Assembly (NCBI GenBank): GCA_004297765.1
Contig: SCTZ01000085.1
Location: forward strand, 10,240-74,239
Source: Chloroflexota bacterium
GTDB lineage: Bacteria; Chloroflexota; Dehalococcoidia; FW602-bin16
Reading direction: 5' to 3'
DNA length: 64,000 nucleotides
Of the stretch, positions 8,909 through 17,499 are shown piece by piece. The notes under the pieces were generated by a model. That model saw nothing but the letters and a program-made list of their open reading frames with translations. It ran no database searches and had not been told where the DNA came from. The position numbers and the translations under genes are program-made. Position 1 is the first letter of the stretch, and every line of letters starts with the position of its first letter.

Positions 8909-9602
8909 ACCTCGTCCACCGCACGCATGCGAGGTCGCCCATGGCTAGGGATTCGCAACAACAATGCGCCCTGCCAAGCATGTAGCGAAGCGCGAAAGGG
9001 AGGGGTCACAATGCTTCTTCGGACTAACAGCGACGATCCCAAGGCGTCCGCCGACGCGAGCGAGCCTACTTGCGCCGGCTCCATTCCGTTTTGATAGTAA
9101 GCGTTGATGGTCGCACTTCGGTTGACCAAAGGTTGAGACCCGGTTGAGTCATAGGACCTATGTACCGCATGGCTAGTACTTTTTGGCACGGATTCCTCGC
9201 TGGTGGGTAATCAACGTCGAGACCAAGTGGAGCTTCAGTGGTGGCCATGCGCCTAATGCCACGGTCCGAGCTAGAGGCGAGGTGTACGGACGGTCCGCCA
9301 TCGCGCCCGCCTGGCGTTTCACGGTCGAGCCAAGGCGACAACAGTTGCATCGGCACTCCCGAGCAGCGCTATGCATGCTTTCCCATCGCCCTGTATAGGT
9401 CACCCATCGAACTCACGCGGGGCCGGTACGCAAACCAAGCTTCTGATTGCTAGCGAACCAAGCAAGGGTCTCCCGATGGGCTGCTATTATACTAGACGAT
9501 GAAGCAGTCCCTGTCAAGCTGTGGGTGCCACTTGCTCGAGGAAGGTTGAGGTTTAGTTGTGATGCCCTACCGACTCAACGTTCCCATCCACCATTGCCCG
9601 GG

Positions 9603-10187
9603 TTATAGCAAACGCTTCTGCACGCCAGTGGTTCCGGCCATACTTCGAATCAGATCAAGCGTGGCCAGGCAATCGTGGATGGCCTGATGCTTCTCGTGCT
9701 CGTACTCTTTGCTGCGGGGGAGCTTCTGCCATTGATAGCTGCGGTTGCGCTCGGACCATTGCCCGAAGTAGCGGGCATACTGTTCCATGGCGCAGTCCCA
9801 CTGCACACTCGGCCAGCCGATCTTGTTGCGGGCGGCCGTTTGCTGCAGCAGGCGAGAATCAAACGCGGCGTTATAGCAGATGGCGAGCTTGCCCTCCAGG
9901 ATTGCGGCGAGCTGCGGGAAGATTTCGGGAAAGGTCGGGGCATGCGCCACCATGTCGTCGGTGATGCCATGAATGGCCGTGGCCCGGGCCGGGATGCGGG
10001 ACTGAGGTCGGACCAGCGTATCCATCAGCACACTGCGGTCGTCAGCCACGATGGCAATCTGGATCACTTCGTCTCGCCCATCCAATCCGGTGGTCTCCGT
10101 GTCCAGGACGACCCAATCCGAGCGTGCCAGAAGGGCCCGCGCCCAACGCTGGGCGGCCTCCCGATCGCGTGTGTGCGTATGATTCAT
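9603..10187 (-). CDS. DEDDh 3'-5' exonuclease (DnaQ/epsilon-like domain protein)
   Basis: ExoI VVLDTETTGL, ExoII YNAAFDSRLL, ExoIII HQAIHDCLATLD. Start taken at MNHTHTRD. Confidence 0.8.
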   Translation of the reverse strand: MNHTHTRDREAAQRWARALLARSDWVVLDTETTGLDGRDEVIQIAIVADDRSVLMDTLVRPQSRIPARATAIHGITDDMVAHAPTFPEIFPQLAAILEGKLAICYNAAFDSRLLQQTAARNKIGWPSVQWDCAMEQYARYFGQWSERNRSYQWQKLPRSKEYEHEKHQAIHDCLATLDLIRSMAGTTGVQKRLL

Positions 10188-10460
10188 CCTCTGCCTCTCC
10201 CCGGGTGATAGCACGGCAACCGTGCGGCATCTCGTCATGCAGTATAATAGTGGCGGGGCTCTGGGTGCAAGGCTCATAGACCAACACCACACCAGAGCCG
10301 CTCAGGCGAACCTGGCATCGTTCGTGCAGCGGCTAGTCGCGGCGGCGCGCCGCCGCAGAGCCGAACCGAGCGCCCCACAAGAAGGGCGAGCCTGCGCAAG
10401 GAGTTCTTGCGTGCATTTCGCTATCACTGACTTCGTCGAGAGTCTACCGCAGACGCTATC

Positions 10461-10844
10461 ATGAAGTCACCGGCTGCTCGTCCTGTCGGGCTAACGATCA
10501 TCGCTGTTGTGATAGCCATCAACGGCATCGGCTCCCTGCTAGAGGCGGTCGGTCTCGCAGGGCTGACGATCGGCGCGATTATCAGCACCATCCTGTCGGC
10601 GCTGATCGGACTGGCTTTGCTCTTTCGAGCTTACGGAATCCTGCGGCTCAAACACCGTGCCTGGTTGGCCACGGTGCTTCTCCTTTGCGTACGTAGCGTC
10701 TTCGCCACAGTCAACTTGGTCTACGGTTCGGCCGGCATCGTTGGCACGATCGACGTAGTCGTAAGCCTACTTACTCTTCTGTATCTAATCCGCCCCAGCG
10801 TGCGAAGTCTGTTCGAAGAGAATTCAGCTCGCAAGCACCCATGA
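10461..10844 (+). CDS. small integral membrane protein, unknown function
   Basis: 127-aa ORF with 3-4 hydrophobic helices (GLTIIAVVIAINGIG..., IISTILSALIGLALLF...). No recognisable family. Confidence 0.5.
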   Translation: MKSPAARPVGLTIIAVVIAINGIGSLLEAVGLAGLTIGAIISTILSALIGLALLFRAYGILRLKHRAWLATVLLLCVRSVFATVNLVYGSAGIVGTIDVVVSLLTLLYLIRPSVRSLFEENSARKHP

Positions 10845-11091
10845 CCCCCAGCAAGCTGCAACCAAGGCTCAACGCGCGGATATGAAGGCAAAGTACCCCT
10901 GCTGTCCGGTCTCTGGCACACAGCTTGCGGCCATCCTAGCAAGCAGTACGCTCTGTGGCTCGCCCGACGGTTAGCTACCCGGCCGAAGATGAAGAACAGA
11001 TCCAGCGCGCCGATCTCGGGTCGGACAGGCCATAGTTAATGGCGCCGATGCTGTTGCGCCAATCGTGTACGATAAGAGGAGGGCATCCAAT

Positions 11092-11907
11092 ATGCGAGCG
11101 CTCAAAGCGACGGCCGCCGTAGCCGTCCTCGGACTTGTCCTGACCGCGTGCAGCCAGCAGACAGGACAGAGCCCATCCGGGACGCCCACGGTCAGTGGGG
11201 CCGCGATCACAGAAATACAAATGCAGGCGACGCCGACTGCGAAAGCCAGCGTGACGCCGCAAACCGGTCCAGGGGGCGCCGACACGAACGACATGCGACA
11301 GTCCATGCAAGAGATGCAGCGCGACATGCAGCAACTGGGTCGGCTTGTCCCCCAACTGGACCAGAGCCAGCAGCGGCAGATCGCGCAGATGATGTCCGGT
11401 CTGATGGCGCAGATGAGTCAGCTCATGAACCAGATGCAGCCGGTGATGGACCGCATGACCCCGGATGAGCGGCAGCGAGCGGCTAAGACCATGCAACAGA
11501 TGCGATCCAGTGTCGATAACATGATGCAGAACATGGGTATGGCCCCCACCGAAGGCGCAGCCACCCCCGGACCTATGGGCGACATGGGGCAGATGGGAAG
11601 AGACATGGGTCAGATGCATCAGCAGATGCGCGGTCAGATGCAGATGATGGACGTCCGCCAAGTGCAGCAATTCATGGCCGATATGGGCGAGTTGATGGGG
11701 CAGATGGACCAGTTGATGGGACAGATGGAGGCGGCTATCGGACAACTGAGCCCCGACCAGCGGCAGGCTCTGAGCGACACGGTCGCGGAGATACTGGGTA
11801 CTGTGCGCGAGATGATGCGCAGCGCAGGTGCGCCAATCAGCGTCAGCTCCGCGACGCCATCGGCCTCTGCCTCGCCCGGCATGCCCGAGGCAACGCCCGG
11901 GCCATAG
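11092..11907 (+). CDS. Met/Gln-rich lipoprotein with LTxxQ-like motifs (CpxP/Spy/metal-resistance-like, tentative)
   Basis: Signal peptide with lipobox MRALKATAAVAVLGLVLTAC. Extreme Met/Gln repeats (QMMSGLMAQMSQLMNQMQPVMDRM, GDMGQMGRDMGQMHQQMRGQMQMM). MTPDERQ and LSPDQRQ resemble LTxxQ motifs. Confidence 0.65.
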   Translation: MRALKATAAVAVLGLVLTACSQQTGQSPSGTPTVSGAAITEIQMQATPTAKASVTPQTGPGGADTNDMRQSMQEMQRDMQQLGRLVPQLDQSQQRQIAQMMSGLMAQMSQLMNQMQPVMDRMTPDERQRAAKTMQQMRSSVDNMMQNMGMAPTEGAATPGPMGDMGQMGRDMGQMHQQMRGQMQMMDVRQVQQFMADMGELMGQMDQLMGQMEAAIGQLSPDQRQALSDTVAEILGTVREMMRSAGAPISVSSATPSASASPGMPEATPGP

Positions 11908-12045
11908 CCTTAGGACTTTCGGTGGCTATTGCTCCTAAATTCCCTCCGGACTGCCCGCGGCGCTCGGGTCCGCGGGCAGTCCCCTCAAGTAGTTCGCTCC
12001 GCCGCTCGCCTATCCGGATTGTCTCCAGGCGGTTTGGGTAGCGTG

Positions 12046-12309
12046 TTACCCATCCACCCCTCGATCCGGCAAGACAGCCAGTTCCCATCTGAGCACGGGG
12101 TGTTGATTGGTCACTAGATGATGCGCGGCACAGTCAGAGCCGTGGAACTCCTGGTCGCATAGAGGACAGTAGTAGTTGGTCCCATTCCACCAATGAGACG
12201 ATTGGCGAATGAAAGCCACTTTGGCATCGGTGGCGGTGCGCAGCCCCATTGTTTGCGCCCGCGCTGGAAGAATCAGATCGACTCGCCGAGCACGTGCTTT
12301 GTCAACCAT
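12046..12309 (-). CDS. small hypothetical protein with a C2H2-like metal-binding motif
   Basis: 87 aa from an ATG preceded by AAGAGGA. Contains YYCPLCDQEFHGSDCAAHHL. No family recognised, so coding status is uncertain. Confidence 0.35.
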   Translation of the reverse strand: MVDKARARRVDLILPARAQTMGLRTATDAKVAFIRQSSHWWNGTNYYCPLCDQEFHGSDCAAHHLVTNQHPVLRWELAVLPDRGVDG

Positions 12310-12614
12310 GCGTCCTCTTATCCCAACTATAGATGTTTTTGCCAGCCCATCGGCCGGCCCGCAATGTGCCCACAGCAGCAAGGAGCGTGCCACCGTCAGA
12401 CCGCACACCTTGACAGTTGACACCTACCTCCGCCTCTGCTAGCATGCTAGCGGTGCCGCGACCAACCAGGTCACGGTCGGTCGGCTTCGAGACACGGAGA
12501 CCCAGCCCGGCGGCGTTATTGTCCACCTCGTCCTCCGATCCTGCACTAGCTCGACAGCGGCGGCTGGAACGGCTATACTCAGCCTGCGACCGAATGACGA
12601 AGGAGTCCAACGTC

Positions 12615-14060
12615 ATGACGCACACGCCCAATCCCAGCTATAGCTTCACCCTTCGTTGCGAACTCGACAATCGCCCTGGCATGCTCGGCATGATCCTCTC
12701 TGCTGTCGGGGCCGTTGGCGGGGATATGGGACACATCGACATCGTGAGCGCCGATCGACGCATCATGGTGCGAGATATCACGGTCAACGCCATCGACGAG
12801 CGGCATGCCGTCAAGATCGTCGATCAGGTGCAAAGCCTGCTCGGGGTGCGTGTTGTCAACGTCAGCGACCGGACCTTCTCCGCACACATGGGCGGCAAGA
12901 TCGAAATCGCCAACAAGATCTCGGTGAAGACACGCGACGACCTGTCCATGGTATACACACCCGGTGTGGCGCGTGTTTGCCTGGCCATCGCCGACGAACC
13001 GTCCAAGGCCTTCTCTCTGACCATTCGCCGAAACATGGTGGCCGTCGTCACCGATGGCTCGGCGGTCCTCGGTCTAGGCGATATCGGACCAGGCGCTGCT
13101 CTGCCGGTGATGGAAGGCAAGGCCATGCTCTTCAAGGAATTCGCTGGCGTGGACGCCTTTCCCATCTGTCTCCAGACCCATGACGTGGACGAGATCGTCG
13201 CCACCGTCGAGCGCATCTCGACGTCGTTCGGCGGCATCAACCTGGAGGACATCTCCGCCCCGCGCTGCTTCGAGGTTGAGGAGAGGCTGCGGGAGCGTCT
13301 AGACATCCCGGTCTTCCACGACGACCAGCATGGCACGGCGGTGGTCGTGCTGGCCGCGTTGCTCAATGCGCTCAAGATAGTGCACAAGTCGATCGACGAG
13401 ATACGGGTTGTGGTCAACGGGATGGGCGCGGCCGGCATCGCCTGCACGAAGACCCTCCTGGCTGCCGGCGTCGGCGACATCATCGGATGTGATCGCGAGG
13501 GCGCGATCTACGATGGACGCACCACCGACATGAACCCGGTCAAGCAATGGATCGCCAGGAATACCAACCGCAAAGGCGTACGTGGAACCTTACACACCGC
13601 GATGATGGGGGCCGACGTGTTTCTCGGCGTCTCCGCGCCCGGCGTTGTCGGGGTGGAGGATGTCAAGAACATGGCTCCGGACCCCATCGTCTTTGCCCTG
13701 GCGAATCCGGAACCCGAAATAGCGCCGGAGGATATCTACGGATGTGCGCGCGTGGTGGCCACCGGGCGCAGCGACTATCCGAACCAGATCAACAACGTGC
13801 TCTGTTTCCCTGGCATCTTCCGAGGCGCATTAGACTGCCAGGCGACCCTCATCAACGAGTCCATGAAGAAGGCGGCTGCCAAAGCCATCGCTGAGATGGT
13901 GTCGTCTGAGGAGTTGAGCGAAGAGTATATCGTTCCCAGCGTGTTCAACCGCCAGGTGTCCGACGCGGTCGCCAGGGCCGTCGTCGAGGCCGCCATGGCC
14001 ACTGGAGCGGCCCGTAGGCCAACCGTTCGGCTTCACCCTTCGGCCCGCGCGAAAGAGTAG
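12615..14060 (+). CDS. NAD(P)-dependent malic enzyme with N-terminal ACT domain
   Basis: ACT-like N-terminus (FTLRCELDNRPGMLGMILSAVG), malic enzyme core (VYTPGVA, AVVTDGSAVLGLGDIGP, FGGINLEDI) and NAD-binding VVNGMGAAGIA. GAAGGAG RBS lies before the ATG at 12615. Confidence 0.9.
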   Translation: MTHTPNPSYSFTLRCELDNRPGMLGMILSAVGAVGGDMGHIDIVSADRRIMVRDITVNAIDERHAVKIVDQVQSLLGVRVVNVSDRTFSAHMGGKIEIANKISVKTRDDLSMVYTPGVARVCLAIADEPSKAFSLTIRRNMVAVVTDGSAVLGLGDIGPGAALPVMEGKAMLFKEFAGVDAFPICLQTHDVDEIVATVERISTSFGGINLEDISAPRCFEVEERLRERLDIPVFHDDQHGTAVVVLAALLNALKIVHKSIDEIRVVVNGMGAAGIACTKTLLAAGVGDIIGCDREGAIYDGRTTDMNPVKQWIARNTNRKGVRGTLHTAMMGADVFLGVSAPGVVGVEDVKNMAPDPIVFALANPEPEIAPEDIYGCARVVATGRSDYPNQINNVLCFPGIFRGALDCQATLINESMKKAAAKAIAEMVSSEELSEEYIVPSVFNRQVSDAVARAVVEAAMATGAARRPTVRLHPSARAKE

Positions 14061-14069
14061 ATAGTCCCG

Positions 14070-14819
14070 ATGATTTCGACGTCACTGGCAAGGAAAAGAG
14101 GCGTGGCAGAACAACCGGAGAGATGCCCGTACCTTGGGCTATCATATGATCGCTCCCTCCGTACCGAGTATCCGAACGATGAGCATCGTTGCTTCGCCAA
14201 GGAGACGATGGCACCGATCAGCACCGCTCGGCAGAGAGTTGTCTGTCTGGGTCCGGGATACAGAAGCTGCTGGCGCTTGCCAGAATTGGAGCGCTCCGTT
14301 CGCCCCATCCGTCCCATTCGCCCAGGTCCGAGCGGTTTTGCCCTGCCGCCGCTCGGTCGGGACACGCGGTTGCTTCTCGCCGGCGGGGCTCTGTTGATCG
14401 TGCTACTCCTGGCGATCGTCCAAACGGTGGCCTTCTGGCAAGGCAGTGCGTCCAGCCCATCCAGCCCGGCCGCGGTATCCACCCCACGTCCTGGCGCCTC
14501 GGATGCACCCGCGCGAGCGGCTGGCAACCAGCAATCGGTTATCACTCCAGCCGCGACCGTGACAGATGGCGCGCAGAGCAGTCCTGCTGGGGCGATATCG
14601 GCGCCCTCGCCCACGCCAGTCCCGCCGACTCGGACACCGACTCCGTCTTTGGCCGCTGGTCCGAGCGTCCATGTCGTGGCGTCGGGAGAGACGCTACTCG
14701 TCATCGCCGCTCGCTATGGTGTAACGCTAGACACGCTCATGCGTGCTAATGGGCTTTCCAACGCTAACCAACTGAGCGTGGGACAGAAGCTAATCGTCCC
14801 GCCAGCCACGAATCGCTGA
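14070..14819 (+). CDS. LysM domain membrane-anchored protein
   Basis: C-terminal LysM (VHVVASGETLLVIAARYGVTLDTLMRANGLSNANQLSVGQKLIVP), a central TM helix (LLLAGGALLIVLLLAIV), and a Cys-containing N-terminus (CPYLGL...HRC). Confidence 0.75.
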   Translation: MISTSLARKRGVAEQPERCPYLGLSYDRSLRTEYPNDEHRCFAKETMAPISTARQRVVCLGPGYRSCWRLPELERSVRPIRPIRPGPSGFALPPLGRDTRLLLAGGALLIVLLLAIVQTVAFWQGSASSPSSPAAVSTPRPGASDAPARAAGNQQSVITPAATVTDGAQSSPAGAISAPSPTPVPPTRTPTPSLAAGPSVHVVASGETLLVIAARYGVTLDTLMRANGLSNANQLSVGQKLIVPPATNR

Positions 14820-15144
14820 TGCTGTAGTGCATCATTCCCACCTTCCAGCCCACCACTCATTAGGATAATCGTCCGCCACAGCGCATGGCCTGGCTCTGTC
14901 ATTGTGCGTGCTGCCGCCATCAGAGCAGTTCTCATGAAGATCGAGGAGGCTGGAGACGCGCCGGATCGAAATCACGCCGTCAAACCTCAGCCAAGGCCGT
15001 CGTCCTGGGATTGACGCTGCAACTTCAGTGCCGCGGACTCGCTACCCTTCTCGGATGCTCAGCAATTGTGCGATGTGAGGTAGAGGGTATCTAGAAAGCC
15101 GGGCGAAACATGGCTCGTTTTGGGCAGGCACCAAGCCTACCCGA

Positions 15145-15201
15145 GGGCACATGCAATGTGCCCCTACAGGAGGCGCGATGAAGGGCATATTGCATGTGCC
15201 C
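15145..15201. repeat. pair of REP-like palindromes (GGGCACATGCAATGTGCCC and GGGCATATTGCATGTGCCC)
   Basis: Two 19-bp near-perfect palindromes at 15145-15163 and 15183-15201 in an intergenic region. They belong to the same family as 27734-27753 (GGGCGCAATCAATTGCGCCC followed by CTAC). Confidence 0.7.
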
Positions 15202-15447
15202 TGGGAGCGAGGACGTGCAGACCGCCTTGTCAGATACCCTCGAGCCACGAGCCACGTGGCGCAGAACCTGCAAGGCGGAGAACGGAGCGGTCGGGCTAAT
15301 GACCCGATTGATCGCTCAGCAGCCGATCTGGCGTACCTTGCACAGAGTATGCTGGATGGGTACCATTGATCTTCCCCAATGGCATGGGCGTACTGCCAGT
15401 AGGACAGGCGCAGGAAAGTGCCAGGAAGAAGAGAAGGACGAGCGAGT

Positions 15448-15915
15448 ATGACGGTGTGGGTTGTCGTCGAGGATGCACACAAAGCCGTGGGGCTCCAGTT
15501 GCCGCTGATGATCGTCTCGCCGCTGATCGCCGCGTGCGCCAGCGATCCCAGCAGCTTCGAGGAATTGCTCGGATCGGCTGACTTCTATGCCCACGGGCTG
15601 GCCGGAGCTGTGACGGACGGCCTGCTCGCGTGGGATCGGCGGGACGGAGACCGAGCCGCGTCGGACAAAAAGGTTCCGCGGATCGCGGAGGAACATCCCA
15701 AGCACGACCTGGGACTCTTGCTGGGACGCGCGGGCGATGATGGATTGCTATACATAGACTTGACCGAGCACGCCCTGGTGGTACATGGCAGGGTGGCCGA
15801 AGTAGTCCACAAGCGTGGCGAGGTTGAAATCGTGGATCGGGGCGCACCGACCGGGCGTCGTGTCACTTATCAACTCGGACACAATTGGCAGATCACGGCA
15901 CAACGAGGGGTATGA
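15448..15915 (+). CDS. hypothetical protein
   Basis: 155-aa ORF (MTVWVVVEDAHKAV...) with good codon bias, directly upstream of the Ser/Thr kinase. No recognisable motifs. Confidence 0.4.
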   Translation: MTVWVVVEDAHKAVGLQLPLMIVSPLIAACASDPSSFEELLGSADFYAHGLAGAVTDGLLAWDRRDGDRAASDKKVPRIAEEHPKHDLGLLLGRAGDDGLLYIDLTEHALVVHGRVAEVVHKRGEVEIVDRGAPTGRRVTYQLGHNWQITAQRGV

Positions 15916-15948
15916 GATTCCTAACTTCGAAGGTGAACGAGCAATAGA

Positions 15949-17499
15949 ATGAGCAAGGTCATAGCCGAGCACTACGAGCTGCGGAGCCAGATCGGGCGGG
16001 GTGGGCTAGCGACTGTCTACCAGGCCAGAGATCTCCGCTCGGGCGTGGACGTGGCGCTGAAGGTGGTGCATCAGCACCTATCGGAAGATGCACGCTTTGT
16101 CGCCCTTTTTCGCCAGCAGGCCCTCGCGGCCGCCCGCGTTACGCACACCAACGTGGCGCGGGTCCTCGACTACGGACGCTGGCACGACACATATTACCTG
16201 GTCGAAGAGTTGGTCCACGGCTCCAGTCTGGCCGAGATTCTCGCCAAGCGTGGTCGACTGTCCCCGGTCGACGCGCTGTCCGTCGGGGCAGCCGTCGCCA
16301 CCGCACTAGCCGCGGCCCATGGTCAGCAGACGGTGCACCGCGACCTGCGCCCGGGGAACGTCCTGGTCGACGCTCTCGGCATCGTCAAGGTCACCGACTT
16401 CGGGCTGGCCCAGGCCGCTTCTCAGACGGGACTGACCATGACAACCATGGCGCTGGGCACGGCCTACTACGCGGCGCCCGAACAGATCCAGGGACAACCG
16501 ACCACGCCGGCTGCGGATGTCTACTCCCTGGGCGTGATGCTCTACGAGATGCTTGCTGGACGCCGTCCGTTCGAGGGCTCTAATCCACTGCACGTAGCCA
16601 TGCAACATATCAACGAGGATCCGCCCGACCTGGGAATGCTCGTGCCAGAGCTATCCGAGGCGATCAGACGAAGCATCAATCGCATGCTGGGAAAGGACCC
16701 GCACGAGCGGCTGGCGGATGGGGCGGCCGCGCTGCGTTCGATCTCCTCACTGCCCGAACATGCGCCGCACCACGTCTTCAACGCGAGCCAACCGATTCGT
16801 GTGGGCGGCAGTACGAGACGCGGCGGAAGCAGATTGGCCGGCACCCTGGTCGGATTGTTGATACTGGCGCTGGTGGCCGGCTCTGGCGGCGTTCTGGCCG
16901 TGGCAGGGAGCCAGTACCTTCACGCCCCCAGCATCTCCGAGCTACCCGCTATCACCGATCCACAGGCCGCCGATCCGGCGCCACAGCCCGCGGATATCGC
17001 GGTCCCCTCGCTGGTCGGCCTGAGCCTCAATCAAGCGACAGATCGTCTTGCACAATCCGGCCTATTCCTGGGCTCCGTGGCGAGCCGCGAAAGCTCGCCG
17101 TCCGAGATCGGTGAAGTCGTCGAGCAAACGCCGGCCGCCGGCAAGCCGGTGGCACCTGACACACGCGTTCGGCTGATCCTGGGCTCCGGCCCCGCCGCGC
17201 CCCTGCCCTCCGCAAGCTCGGGAGCATCGCCGCGCCAGTCCACATCACCTGCGCCTTCTCCCATGCCCGATAGGTCGGACTCTCCCACGGCAGAGCCGAA
17301 GTCGCCGACCGCCACGCCGCGTCAATCATCGAGCCCGGCCCCATCCAGCCCTGCGCCGACGCCTGTCGCGACGACGGCGCCGAGCGCACAACCGCAGTCG
17401 GGCGACAATCAAGCCAGCGATGCCACCAAGCCGCCAGCAGGCGGAGCAGTGCAACCACAGGGGACAGCGAATGCCGGGACCAATCAGCAACATCCTTGA
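15949..17499 (+). CDS. Hanks-type Ser/Thr protein kinase with TM helix and one PASTA domain
   Basis: Kinase motifs: GRGGLATVY...ALKV, HRDLRPGNVL, DFGLA, YAAPE. TM helix LAGTLVGLLILALVAGSGGVLAV. PASTA-like VPSLVGLSLNQATDRLAQSGLFLG...RVRLILG. Pro/Ser/Thr-rich tail. Confidence 0.9.
   Translation: MSKVIAEHYELRSQIGRGGLATVYQARDLRSGVDVALKVVHQHLSEDARFVALFRQQALAAARVTHTNVARVLDYGRWHDTYYLVEELVHGSSLAEILAKRGRLSPVDALSVGAAVATALAAAHGQQTVHRDLRPGNVLVDALGIVKVTDFGLAQAASQTGLTMTTMALGTAYYAAPEQIQGQPTTPAADVYSLGVMLYEMLAGRRPFEGSNPLHVAMQHINEDPPDLGMLVPELSEAIRRSINRMLGKDPHERLADGAAALRSISSLPEHAPHHVFNASQPIRVGGSTRRGGSRLAGTLVGLLILALVAGSGGVLAVAGSQYLHAPSISELPAITDPQAADPAPQPADIAVPSLVGLSLNQATDRLAQSGLFLGSVASRESSPSEIGEVVEQTPAAGKPVAPDTRVRLILGSGPAAPLPSASSGASPRQSTSPAPSPMPDRSDSPTAEPKSPTATPRQSSSPAPSSPAPTPVATTAPSAQPQSGDNQASDATKPPAGGAVQPQGTANAGTNQQHP

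Noticed and set aside
10975-11745. 256-aa His/Leu-rich minus-strand ORF
   Set aside because: It is a mirror artefact of the Met/Gln-rich lipoprotein gene: ATG/CAG codons read as CAT/CTG on the opposite strand. It has no signal peptide, RBS or family.
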